Part shown: positions 1 to 40,760 of the stretch, in pieces
How positions within the stretch are numbered: the stretch's first letter is position 1
Layout of the letters: every line of letters starts with the position of its first letter
Source: Antechinus flavipes
Lineage: Eukaryota
DNA length: 64,000 nt
Assembly: GCF_016432865.1 (NCBI RefSeq)
Contig: NC_067401.1
Span: forward strand, 145,948,001-146,012,000
Direction of reading: 5' to 3'
Program-made: the position numbers and the translations under genes
Notes under the pieces: generated by a model
The model's database searches: none
What the model saw: only the letters and a program-made list of their open reading frames with translations
Told to the model about the DNA's origin: nothing

Positions 1-520
1 ATTCACTGCTTACCTTCCCTCTCTTCTCCTCCTCCCCGCCCATCCAGTTGCAAAATCCTATTGATTGTACCTCTAAAATATCTCTTGTGCACATGGCTTT
101 CTTCTGGCATTGTCACCACCCTGATTAAGGGGTCTTAATTATTCATCTCTCCATTACTGCCAATAGCAGGCTGATTAGTTTCCCTGCCTCAAGTCTTTCC
201 CCTTTACAATCCATCTTCCTAAATAAAATATCTGGCTGTGTCATCTAATCTTTTCCTTCAACCCCTCCTCCCCCCAACTCAAAAAATTCAAGTGGTTCCC
301 TGTCACTTCTAGTAATAAATAACCCTGTTTGGCATTCAAAGTCTTTCATATCTTTCTAGATTTATTATACCTTCCTCTCCTTCATATACTCTGTGATCCA
401 GTGACAGTGGATCCACCCAAGACACTCCATCTTTACAAGCCAGGCACTTTTGCTGGCTGTCCCCTCTCATGCCTGGATTGCTCTTCTGCCTCATCTGTCC
501 CTTGGCCTACCTGATTTCTT
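1..520 (+). mobile_element. Degenerate L2 LINE 3' fragment
   Basis: Typical L2 3' text (aaatcctattgatt..., ctgattagtttccctgcctc, ttcaagtggttccctg). Boundaries approximate. Confidence 0.55.
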
Positions 521-2336
521 TTAAATCTCAACTAAAACCTACTACACTATACTGCCAATGCATACAAAGTACTTTCTACACATGAAGTAAGCAAAGTAAA
601 TACCTCCAACTACTATTCAGGGGATGGGGTAGAGGGATAACATGACCTATTCCTACTAGCATCAACCCAGGATATGACCGAGGTCTCCGGACACTAAATT
701 ACTCTTTTTTTCTACAGATTATACTGCCTTCCTCAAAAATCCACTGACATATTCTCACATGGGTGAATAGTCTCACTTTGTTTGAACTTAACTAAAACAA
801 ACGCAGATTCAAAATAAGACAGACACACATGAACATAAATATTATACTGGATCTGATGATTTCTTACAGTGACACCAATAAATATTTTATAAAGTATAGC
901 CATATTTGACATCAACCTGTTATCAAAATATTCTTAGTCCCCCAGCATGAGTCCATGAATTTATTTAGTTCCTTAAACTTTAAACTATTAGTTTTTTTAA
1001 AGTTTCTCTTTATTTGTTCCAAAACTCCCTTCATGTTTAAATAAGTATTTGCTTAGGTCTCATATTCTGTGATTCATTCAATATTTGCACTACTCATACA
1101 CTTATGAACACAAACAGTTCAATCCAACCTAACCTTTATCATCCTAAACTGAAGTCAAACTTTTTAAGTAATTAAGTAACACTTTGGAAGTCAATGTTAT
1201 CACCTACCATGGAACTGGTTTTAAACATTTCTTGAATTTTTTCTCTAGTACTGTCTACTAAAATAAAAATGTAGCATAAGACACAGGTCAGCAAAGTTCT
1301 CTCAGAATTCTTTGGGTTAAAATTAGCCATGATATTTGAACCTTGGGCTGTTTGGGTATTTAATCCTCACACAACAGCTCAGCAGCACCTGTCACCTCAA
1401 CTCTCAAGAAATAACCACTACATCCCCGAGAAGCAAACCACATAACAGACTGGGTAGGCAAAAGAGGATAAAAGACAAGAGAAAGAAGTAGCTCAAGTGC
1501 ATCAACAAGTTTGATTATTTCCCTAAACTCGAACAGCCTCTTCTCCAGGATATCAGTATTTAGAAGCAATGAGCGGAGGAAGAAAACAGCACGAGCTTTC
1601 AAATCCCATGCTCTGACTCAGAAATCTAAAGCTCAATGTGACCTTGGAAGATTTTCTAGAACACTCCTCCAAGTATTACAGAAATTAATTTATCTTTGGT
1701 AGGTAAGATCTGGTGGTCCCTTAACCTCCCTGGGCCTCAATTTCCTAGTATGTAAAACAATGGCTTTGATCCCAATAAGATCGTAAATCTAGACCTACAA
1801 GAGTATCGCATTATCCTCCAGCCCAACAACCTCTTTTTACAGATGAGGAAATTGGGGACCAGATGGGTGAAGAAACTAACCCAAGGTCACACACAGGTAG
1901 TGTCAAGAAATGGGATTTGAACTCAGGTGTGCACCCCTGTCAGAGTCAGTCGCCTCTTCGCGGGTCCCTTCCAGTTTTAAATCTATGGCCTCTGGTAAGT
2001 ACTTTTCCTACTTTTCCAACTTCTTATGTGACCCACCCGGGACTGAGTGCACTTTGTCTTTACTTTGTCCTCATGGGGCTTTGGAGAGCACTGGCTCAAC
2101 ATCCCCCTCTATGGAATAGGGGGCCCGTAGACCGCTGAAATCTCGGGGAAGGAGCAGGGACCCGGGGGGATGCCTGTGCCGAGATCAGGGGTCCCAAGAT
2201 CAGATGGAGAAGAGGGAAGAAAAGATGGGGGGAAGCCAAGACCACCAGCCTAGGCCCCGAGGCTTCCCACCCACATTCCTCGGCCAGGTCCATGCGCACC
2301 AACCGTCAGGCACTGCCCGCGCTCTCCCTTCCCTAC

Positions 2337-2560
2337 CTGCACTGAAAACTAAAGAAGGACAGGTGCGGCCGCCGTCGTCACCACGACCTCGTCCCGGTGA
2401 CCTCTCCCGTCGTCTATACGGGAACTGCCGCGGGAATACCCGTTCCTCTTCCCAGACCCCCCCTAAGAGGTAGTGAGCGGAGGTAGGGCCCGGCACTCCG
2501 TCACTGCCTGCCGGTCGAGTCTCGCACGCACGCAAGCACGCAGCCACGGCGGCGCTCTCC
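2337..2560 (-). other. CCDC47: Probable non-coding first exon of CCDC47; intron 1 runs off the left edge and no CCDC47 coding sequence is in the window
   Basis: Minus-strand donor CAG|GTAGGG (exon boundary at 2337) inside the CpG island, head-to-head with DDX42. The name rests only on recalled synteny (CCDC47 is divergent from DDX42 in mammals). The TSS coordinate is approximate. Confidence 0.55.
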
Positions 2561-3179
2561 TTTTACGTACATTGCGTAATTGTGCGCCTGCGCGCCGTGC
2601 AGCGTGAGGCTGTGTAGTTACAGGCTTCGCTTCGGGCTCCAGGAAGGAGGGGCGAAGGTTAAAAATGTCCTTTCCCCCCTCCTCTCCCTCTTGTAAAGGA
2701 TAGCGGTACCTACTTTAAGTTTAAAGAGACCATGCGGCCGTGCGCACGCGCGAGCGGGCAGGAAATGGGACATTCAACTATACACATACATATTAATATG
2801 GGTGGAAGTTTGTTTTTCTTTTTATTTTTTGACCGGACTAGGAGGAACTTGGCTCTTTCTCCAGACCTGGATATATCTTTCTGTATATACGGAAAATCCA
2901 TGACCAAAACTTTGTCTCACTCCTCTCAGACCCCACCCCTTCCCCATGTTTGCAGACGGGAAAAATAAAGGCCAGGAGCACGTTTGAGCAGCTTCAGTCC
3001 CCACCGGGACAACGAGCAGCGAGGTAGCAGAGTAAACACACAAACACTTCAGCTTTTCTCTCCTTCCTCGCAGGGCAAACGAGGGCCTTAGGCTCCGCCC
3101 CTATCCCAGCGTCCCCTTCATTGCGCATGTCACATTACGTACTGCCCTCCCCCACCCCCTCCCAGCAACCGGCTAAGCG

Positions 3180-3289
3180 GCTGCTGTGACTGAAGGCGGA
3201 GAACGACGGGCACCCATCGGGAAGGGGGAACGGAGACCGAGCGCACGTAATCCGGAGCGGCGGGACTCGTTTGTGGCTGCGGCGACTCG
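3180..3289 (+). other. DDX42: DDX42 non-coding exon 1 (start approximate)
   Basis: Strong donor TCG|GTAAGC at 3289/3290 in the CpG island, upstream of the first coding exon at 12878. Confidence 0.7.
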
Positions 3290-4069
3290 GTAAGCCTCTC
3301 CGGGTTAGGTCGGGGATGGTGGTTCAGGGTACTGGGTCTACAGCTCTTGGGCATCAGGAGACCGCCGTGTGGCCTAGTGTAGGCCCGGGGACCTCGGCTT
3401 CTCTTAACAAAGAGTCGAGCCAAGTTTTCTCAAACGAGGCAGAGGGTAAGAGAATCCCGAGGGCCCCGGTGGCTTGGTGGCCCGAGGGCGCGGGCCGAGC
3501 CCGGGAGTCGGGGGGAGGGGGCGGGCTGAGCCAAGGTCCCGCCCCTGGCGCTCGCCCCGCGATCGCGACTTATGCGTCGTCAGGGTTGGCGGCTCTTGGG
3601 ATGTGGGACGACCCTCTAATCCAGTCTCGAGGTAGGGAAGGAGAGTGGAGTGGGCTTGGAGTCTGCTGGAGGGTGGCGGACTCCCTGGCAGCCTGGCAGC
3701 CCCCGGTCCTGCGCGGTGTCGGGAAGCGGCCCTCCCCTGAGTCTCAGGTGAGAAATCGGGGTTCGATGGAGCTCGGACTCTTTTCGCTATCACTGTTGGA
3801 GGCGTTCGTGAAAGTGGATATTTATTTTGATCCCCATTTAAAAAAGAAAAAAAAGTCTAAAAATTTCTGCTGGATTGTAACCAACACCACTCAGTTATTG
3901 ACGACCGGTAATTTGTAGGAAAATTGCGTTACAACACTGATGTAGAGAGACGAATATAACATTGCCAGTTGACCCCGAGGATATAATAAATTGAGGGAGG
4001 AGTAAGCCTCTTTATAATTGAATTTTACTACATACTGAATGTATTCATTCTTTTTCTTGTTTACACTAG

Positions 4070-4200
4070 AGGTGTCCAACACGAACTTGGCCCAAACCAG
4101 ATTTAAGTATAATTGACAAATATTTAATGAAATAAATATAATAATACTCAGTGTTAATATGTAATTTTCTAAGTCCAATATACGACCTGCAAGGAGCCTT
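4070..4200. mobile_element. Old hAT-type MITE fragment
   Basis: gtgtccaacacg...aaaccagatt...aaatattt...gttaatatg...ttttctaagtc...gacctgca resembles short non-autonomous hAT elements seen in marsupials. Family not determined. Confidence 0.4.
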
Positions 4201-7200
4201 ATTTACAGATTAATGACCCTCATTTCTACTCGAGTTTTGATATAATGAAGAGGAAAAAGAAATAGGTTTGGATTAAAAACAATTTATACTAGTGAAGTTT
4301 CTTGTCATCTAATGGTACCTAAGTGGTGCAGTGGTAGAGTCCAGTCTAACCTGGACTTTTAGACCTAACTAAAGATCTGTTCTCAAATATCTACTTGATG
4401 TGTGACCCTGGGCAAGTTTTTGCCTCAGTTTTTTCATCTATCAAGTATCTAACTTTAAGGGTTACTGTGAGATTAAAATTGAGCTAAAAATTTATACAGT
4501 GCTTTGAAACCTTAAAGTTTTGTGTAAATGCTATAAAAGTGCATTTTGATTTCAGAGATTCTTTTGCTAAGCACTGAAAAAAGACTAAGTTGAATGCAAA
4601 GTGTTTTATGACAGTGTTAAAAAGATTGGGTGATAAGAGTTATGAAAATAATTTAGCAAGTAAAATAGCATGGGTATTTGTCACATTTCAACCATTATTC
4701 ATAATTTGTTGACTAAAGACAATAGTTCAAACATTTACATAAATATCTTAATTGGTTCACCAGACAAATTTTAAATGTACAAAATTTTGTGCTATCCTAA
4801 AGGAAGTACAAAGGGTAAACCCCATCCCAAAGCATTTTTCAGTGTATAATGTGTTTTCCCCTGTGTCCTAAAACACACTTTTAAACTTTGGTTATCCTAA
4901 TCTCCCTATTATTTATCCTCACACACACACACCATGCTTAAGTTTGTCTTCCCTTCTTTGCTCTTAAATATAATCTCCTGTATGCAGTCCTCTCCATACT
5001 TCCATTCTTTTTGCCTTTCAAAGCATTTCCCTGCCCATTTCAGGTCTTCTCTAAAGACTTCTTTTATTATCTCAACTCAGACTAATTAATATTTTCTTAT
5101 TTCTATGAAGTTTAGTACCACCCAATTAAACATTTGATTTCTAGTTGTTCTTTATATTATTTTTTCTTGCTTTGTTCTCTTATTATTTCTTAGGCTTTAT
5201 GTCTGATCTGCAACTAAGCTCTTCTAGCTCTTTTGGTTTATCCTTGTCTTCCTCAGAAATGGGCACAAAGAAGATATTGTTAACTGAAAGGTAGTGTGCT
5301 CAAACCCAAAGTAGCTTACTTTTTAGCAGGGGAAAGCAATTCTTAGAGTCTTATTTATATTTGTTTTATGAGAGCAAATTTTTAAAAAAATAAACTACAT
5401 TCATCTTTTGGTTAAAGTCATTAAATTTCAACAAGTGCATCCAAATTGCATTCACAGTTTTAAAACAACTCAGTCAACATTTTGTGATATATACCTAGAA
5501 AGAAAACATAAAAGATATTTCTCTGGAACTCACAATGCCTTTTCACAATAAAGTAAACAGAATCTTGATTATGAATTTCTGATTATGCTTTGTGGTTGGT
5601 AGGTGCTTGTATTTTGGTGGTGTATGAGGCCATTTGGATTCCATTTTCATAATGAAGCTAAGGGGTTATTTTTACCTCTCTAACCTCATCTGTCTGGGAA
5701 GGCTTTCAGGAGGAGGAAGTAAGATTTCTAGATCTATTTGATGTGAGATGACAAGCTAGGTAAGGAAAATATTCCTGTCATTTGATACAACTTGGACAAA
5801 GACTTAGAGGTAGGAGAATATAAGAGAATGCTGAATAGGAGGAAGGACCTTGGAGCAATTCTATAAACAGAAGAAAGTTTTGGTTATCCTTGACAGCTGC
5901 CCACTTGACTTCTATTCATATGCTTTTCCCTCAATAACCAACTAATGTGTGCTTAGAGAAGGCCACTTAATTTTAATGTTAGCCTAAAGAAAACATTCTT
6001 AAGAAGGTAAATCTGGTTTTTAAGCCAGTAACTTTTCAGAATTAAGTAGCAAAATTATTTTTAGACTACTCATTGTTTATTATCTGTTCCAAATGTATCT
6101 CTAGTAATGTAAATGCTTAAGAGTTGGCTATAAAATACAAAAATATGTATAAATCTGTCATAATAGTGTAGACAAACAGAAAGGCTTTGAAAGTTACATG
6201 TTGAGAGAGAGAGTGTATGTGTGTGTAAAACATGTATATGTGTGTGTATTTTTAAAATAGTAAGCTATGCACAGATCCACAGCTTCATGTACAGTTTTTT
6301 TTTTTTTTTTTTTTTTTTAGGTGTAGCAGATGTTTATTTAGTGTTCATTAAATTCAGAATAAAAACAAATTTAAAACAGCAAAGGAAGTTGTAGTAGGGA
6401 AAAAAGGATTATTGGTGCATTTCTAACTTTTATCCAGACAAGGTTCAAGTAAATTTTAATGAGATTCGGAAAAATAGTATAATAAATGGTCTTTGAATAT
6501 GGGGATGATCTTCAGGTCTGGCATCAGGAAATGGATAAGCAAAGTAATGATTTGATTAACTTGTCAATAGCAGGAAAGGGAATATTAGCTAATGAATGCT
6601 ATTAAAAAACCCAACTTGTTAAGGGCATATTAGTTTTAGACTACTTTTTGTCTTTATTTTTGGGGGGAGTGGAGTGAAGGAGATTCTCTTTTTGCAGATT
6701 AACAAGGTATAAAGCAGTAGTTACATGTTCAATGCCACATTGACAGCCAATGCAGGAATTAAAATTTGAAAACAAAAAGACTATTTAAAACTGCTTGCTG
6801 TTCTGTTTAAGTTTCTGGGAGGCCTGTGCTATCCCACCCACTCATAATTTGCTACTGGGATTGTCTAGAATTTTCAAAATGAATGGAAATATTTGTATTG
6901 CATTATATTTTCTGGGCTTTGTTATTACATTCACTTGTAATAAAAGCATGAGTTTATTTTGGCTATTATATGTCTGTATATGTTTAACCCTTCTTTTGAA
7001 TACTTGTTGACTTTCTTGATTCTAGCTTTTCCTATTGAGAGAGCAAAAGGTTAAACTGTAGGCTGATTATTTTTTCTGCCTGTTATCCTGTCTTTTAAAT
7101 AGCTTTGTAGGTTATTAAAAAAATACATCACAATAATATTTTCTTTAGCCTTCAATTTTTTGTCAGTGCCTATTATAACACTGACACATGAAACAATAGT

Positions 7201-8869
7201 TTGCTTTTTGGGATTCCTAAAGCAAGCATAAAATGAACCCAGAGTAAATATATAAGAACTGCTTTTTTCCGCCCTGGTCTGTTATTCAACAATCATCTTT
7301 TAAGGTCTTACTATGTACGAGACACTGTACCTAGATGCTGGATTACAAAGACTAACTGTCAATCTTTGCCCTCTGGGAGCTTTACATTCTCCTAATTGCT
7401 GTCTGTGACTTTGGGAAGTCTTTTCCTATCACTAACTCTATGATCTTGGAGCCATTTCCTTTGGATCTCAATTTTCTTATTTGTAATATGAAGGGTTAAA
7501 GAAGAGGATCTTTAAAGATCTCTCTAGTTCCAGAATTCTATAATTTTGAGTAGGTTTCATCTCACTTCCTGTTTGGGTTGTGATTGATTACAAACCAAGT
7601 CTTGGTGATCAAGCTTGTTAAAGTAGTCTTATTAAATATAACTGAGTACTGAATAGGTATATGCTATACCCATACTCTAGGTCTAGTGCTATTTCCACTA
7701 GGTTACCTACCTGGTCTTGGGTAATTGTTTATATGATGAGCCTTGTCAGGGGACTTCTTATAATTCTTTTTGTCTTGGTAGACTATGCAAGAATTTGTTC
7801 TCCTAGTGTAGGAGATGTCACTTCCATGCTATAAATAAGAACTTCAATGAGAGCAAATAAATCTTACTTGGTTAACGGTGGTCATAATTATATTTTCTCC
7901 CTTTGCCTCTCTTTGATAAAGCCCTACCTTTATCTTTTTTGTAATATCATTATATCATAGTCTGAAAATTTTCATGACATTTAAGTTATAAAATAAAGAT
8001 AATTTCAAGTTGAGTGAAACCAGTACGAATTCTTTTAAGTATCAGCATTTGTTAAGATTTTTTTTTAAACCCAGGTTTTACGTGGCCCAGAAAATCAATA
8101 TTGTAAGACCGCAACATACAGTAGATTTAGAATTAAATTTTAGTTTGAAGTGATCCATATATATATATATATATATATTTTAAATACAATTATAGAGTTT
8201 GTCTGAGTTGGAGACAAATCCTCTCCTTTAAAGAGTCAAATCAAAAACAATGTTGAGATTTTATAGTACTTTGTTGATATCATCCTTATCGTAGGATAAA
8301 CTTTACATATACTTATCTTCATACTCGAGCCCTGCTAGAATGTAAGTACTTTCAAGGATTACCTAAAGATTATTTCATGTGACTACCAGTGGTCACTTTA
8401 AAATTTCTCAGGTGAAAAGGGGTCGCAAGTGGATAAAGTTTAAGAAGCCCTGCATTAGAATACTGAAAATAAATGTTAGAACTCCTATTTCAAATATATT
8501 TTTATTTTAAAGAAAAAGAAATTAAGCCTTATTCATTTAATATGTAGATTTTCACTGGTGCCCTCTCAATACAGTCACATCATGGACAATATATCAGGTA
8601 TCTTGAGGTAAGGCTGGATATTAACAAAATGGAAGAGATTGAGAGTGGTAACCTCATTCATTTTATTGTCAGTATGTCACAAAATATAGCTGTTTGGGAT
8701 ATTCCCAATGAAAATGAGAGCAAATTGTTATCAAATTTAGCCAGTATTTGGCAAATTTAGCCAGTTGGGAAAGACCTTTAAATAAGTAATCTTAACCCAA
8801 TTATATTCAATAAATAGACACCAAAAAACTGGAAAATAACTTAATCTTAAAGGATTGATGAGTCAAAAG

Positions 8870-11200
8870 ATAAATCATGGAAATAAAAGAAAAAGGAAAA
8901 TGACAAATGATGGGGGAAAGGAGGGTGGGAAAACTTCAGTGTTGGTAGAGGTATGGACTAGTCTAGCCATTCTGGAAAGCAATTTGGAAATATCACCAAA
9001 AGGCCATTTGAACTAGCAAAGAAAGAGGAAAAGAATTTGTATGTATAAAAATATTTATAGTGGCTTCTTTTTTTTGTGATGACAAAGAATTGGAAACTGA
9101 GAGGACACCCATCATTTGGGGAATGGCTGAACAAGTTGTAGTATATGATTATGATGGAATACTATATTGTACTATAAGAAATTATGAAAAAGCTTAATTA
9201 TTATGGTTCTGCCTTGCTAGTCATAGTTGGGTAAGCCTATGAATTATTTCATATAATAAATGGCAAATTTTTGTGACCTGTGAGGGGAAAAAAGATGAGA
9301 AAGTAGGTTTTAGAAAAACCTGTATGAACTAATGCAAAGTGGAGTGAGTAGAATCAGGAGAACAGTCTGCACAGTAACAGCAATGTTATAAAAATAATAA
9401 ACTTACAAGACTTAATAAGTGATCAGCACTGCAATTACAAAGTACTCATGATAAAATGGCCATCTATCTCCAGATAGAGAAATGATGAATTGAAAGTGGA
9501 GATTGTAGCATATTTTTTTTTTCTTTTTCTTGCCCTTTTTGGGGGGAGGGGAAATATAACTTGTGAAAAATTTTTGTTTTTCATCACTATTTCATATTAA
9601 TAAGTAAGTAAATGTTTCCTTACTATATTGCATATTTGTAATAGTTTTGTTTTTTTTTGCCTTCTTATCAAGTAGGGGAGAGGTAAAAAAGGAAGGAGAG
9701 AATTTGGAACTGGAAAAAAAAAGAATAAAAAAGTTTCTATACTTAAAAAAAAAAAAACAACCCAGATAATTTCATTAAAGATAATGACAAAGAGACATAT
9801 CAAATTTGAGGGAGTGCAACCCAAAGAAGTCTCTAGGAGAAAATTTACTGCTCTAAACATTTTGATCAACAAAAGAAACAGCAAATTAATGAATGGGTAA
9901 TATAATACAAAAAAACCTATAAAAACCAAAAAAATTTTAAAACCTCCCCTGAACAGCAGCAAGATAGAAAAATGGAAAAGCAAAGAGTTTAATAAAGTTG
10001 AAACTAAACAAACAATTGAATTAATAATAAAGTTAGAAGCTATTAAAAAAAATACATTGAAATAGATCATTAGGTGATTTAACTAAAAAGATGGGGAGGG
10101 AGGAGGGCCAAAATACATAGATTAACAGAACAAAAAAATAACAAATTTTTACAACACAATCTTGGGGGAGAAAATTGGATAAGCCTGAACTCCCAAAGGG
10201 GGGGGGGGGAACCCAAGACTAGATGGACATACAAGATTTTTATTTAAAAAGTCAAAGAATAACACTTTTATACAAACTGAAGAGAAATAGGAAAAGGTGT
10301 CCTTCCAAATTCCTTCTATAATACAAATATTTTCTTGATAATTTATCCAAAAGAAAGTAAAAACAGATCAAAGAAAATTATAGGCCATTATGTAAAATTT
10401 TAAAATAAAATTTAGTGAAGTTACAGGAATACATCATAAAGATTATGTACAATAATCAAGCAGTATTAAGAAGACTATCATCATCATATGCCAAATTAAC
10501 AAGACAACAAATGTCTGTTGATTATAAATGTAGAGGCACAAAAGGCTTTTGAAATAATATACCCCATTTCTGTTATTAAGAAAATATGAAAATTGGGCAG
10601 GAAGGTGGTGCAGTAGGTAGAACACCTGCTCTGGAGTCAGGAGACCCTAAGTTCTGATACAGCCTAAAAGACTAGTTGTGTGAATCCTAGGCACACAAAA
10701 CAAAACAAAAAACCCATGAATTTTTTTTGAAAATATGTAAATAAATACATATTTCCTTAATATGTTGCATCTATCTAAAACCAAGAGTTGGTATTATATG
10801 TAACTGACAAGTTATGGCCTTTCTGATAATAAAGATTTAAAGCAGAAATGTTCACTGCCACTTCTACCACTCGATATAGTGCTAAAAATGCTAGCTAGCT
10901 ATAGCAATAAAACAAGAAAAAGAATTTGATGGAGATAGGTATAGGAAAAGAAGAAACAAAAATTATTGCTTTTTGCATATGATAGGTTGGTTTATTTAGA
11001 CTAAAAATCAAACAACTAGCAAAGTTGCAGGGCATAAAGTTGACCCAACAAATCATCAGCATTTTTCTGTTTTGCCAACAAAATCTAATAGAAAAGGATA
11101 GAGAAATTGTTTAAAATTAAATATGTAGTATATGAAATACTTGGGAACCTTTTTTTTTTTTTTTTTGCCAAAAACCATTTAGATATTTATAACATCATTA
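8870..11200 (+). mobile_element. Degenerate LINE-1 pieces: 3' end (about 8870-9600) followed by ORF2 linker and RT remnants (about 9750-11200)
   Basis: A-rich and frameshifted. Remnants of RGKF.AL...INE and of RQ.KE..GI.IGKEE.K..LFA (10900-10985) from L1 ORF2. Confidence 0.7.
10595..10728 (+). mobile_element. Marsupial CORE-SINE (WSINE1/Mar1-like) nested in the L1 relic
   Basis: gggcagg..ggtggtgcagt...ggagtcaggagacc head, A-rich tail, and flanking GAAAATATG at 10580-10588 and 10729-10737. Confidence 0.7.
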
Positions 11201-12893
11201 ACAGGCCATTCAGAATTGTCATCTTAATAGAACTCAATCAGTGGGAGGTTGTTGTGCCTAGCTTTCAGCTCACCACTACCTTCAGTTACCTTGGCAGGGT
11301 CATACAATGTGATTTCATGGGCCTTATGTGGTTGTTCCCTACCCCTGGATTATACACAATCTAATCTCAGAATACTTTGCTTTAGTTAAATATGAATACA
11401 TATGTTAAAAATGAAAGGTGGGTTTTTTTATTGGTTTGCCATAATAATAATAGCATTAATATAGTGTTGTAAGGTTTACAAATATCTCATTTTATCCTCG
11501 TATTCTAAGAGATGGGTGCTGTTATTATCTCCATTTTACAGGTGAGTAAACTGAGGCATTCAGAAGTTAAGTACCTGAGGGCAAATTTTAATTTAGGTCT
11601 TCTGACTTCTGGTCCAGGGTTTAAAGTATTTAAACATTTATTTCATCTTTATCTCATCCTTTTAAAATTTATTTTTGTAAGTATTTTATGATGTCTATAT
11701 CCAATAGATGCTTATAAATTTTTACTGAATAAATTATGGAGTTCAAAAAATTTGGAGAACGTTACTCACAACATCTAGTTTAATGTATAGCACATAGTAG
11801 CCATTCAAATATTTATTAACTCTTGATATCTTCCTTTTGATGAAAGTATGAATGAAAAGGACTGTGTAAGTCCTTTACCATGTACCAAGCAAGCACTGAA
11901 TTAAGGGCTGAAAATACAAAAATTACTCTCAGGGATCTCTCTCTCCCTCTCTCCCTTCTTTCCTCCCTCCCTTTCTCCCTCCTTTCCTTTCCCCCCTCCC
12001 TCCCAGTGGACCCAGGTATAATGTTAACCTGTTTTAAAGGAACATTTTATATAAATATTCTCTAGCTTTTGTAGGATCCAAATATGTATTAAATAACTAA
12101 ATTAAGTATAATATCATTGTAAAAGTAGAGAGGTTAAGAAGGATAGATAACATCTCCTTAAGCAGTTCCATTCTTCACAAGTGATAGGAAATATTATTCT
12201 ATGGGACAGAATTGAAAGGAAAAGCTGAATAGTTTCTACTACATGAATTACAAGCTATTTTCAGTTTCCTCTAGATATGAAAAAATATTTGATATTAAAG
12301 ATAATATCCAAAAGACAGGAAACAAAAGAAACAGTTCACTTAAAAAACCCAACAAAGTAGGAATACTTAAACTGTAACTTTTGGTAATGTTAATAAATTA
12401 CATTTAAAAAATTATGCTTTTTGGCCTGTTTCTTTTTTTTTCCCCAGCCTCTGTTTCATGAGAGGGAAATGTTAAAGGATACTTTTGAACTGAACAGAAA
12501 ATTGTTTCTTTGTTTGTTTAAAGAAGGCAAAAGGAGACAAAACTTATACACAAATTTCAAAGTAAAGGTCAACCAAAATACTTGCCTCATTTAAAAGTTG
12601 TAAAGTAAACTATAAGCAATGCTTTGTACCTTTTCATTTGGGGGGATGATCTTACAGTTGCTCAAAGTGAAATTCCGTTGAGGTATGGAAGAGCATCCTA
12701 CTTTATTTTTAGGAAAAAGATTGAGGCTGACATATCAAATCTGAAGAAGTCTGTAATTATTGAGAGATGTGATGTTTTCAAGAATTAAAAAGTGGGCATT
12801 ACCTCAATAAAGGTGGGGAAGTTTATTGTTAATTTGTAAGTATTTATAAGAAGCTTAATATGTCATGATCCTGACAGGTAAATCATCAACATC

Positions 12894-40760
<27,867 letters not shown>

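Larger units (their letters stand above)
2130..3810. promoter_or_regulatory. CpG island / bidirectional promoter of CCDC47 and DDX42
   Basis: Sharp rise in GC and CpG content against an AT-rich background. NRF1-like GCGC(A/C)TGCGC-type motifs near 2583, 2741 and 3122; bZIP-type TTACGTA/TTGCGTAA motifs at 2563, 2572 and 3135. Confidence 0.85.

Noticed and set aside
2200-3918. Long ORFs (89-215 aa) on both strands across the CCDC47/DDX42 promoter
   Set aside because: GC-rich CpG-island sequence lacks stops by composition. Several start at non-ATG codons, and none has recognisable homology or a coding splice structure.
5690-6330. Strong donor (TAG|GTAAGG at 5759/5760) and poly(T)-AG acceptor (6320) in DDX42 intron 1
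   Set aside because: They are in the wrong order to form one exon and have no convincing partner sites. Such matches are common in AT-rich introns.
9597-10070. 157-aa hydrophobic F/L/I-rich minus-strand ORF resembling a membrane protein
   Set aside because: It is the antisense of an A-rich L1 ORF2 relic, so a compositional artefact.
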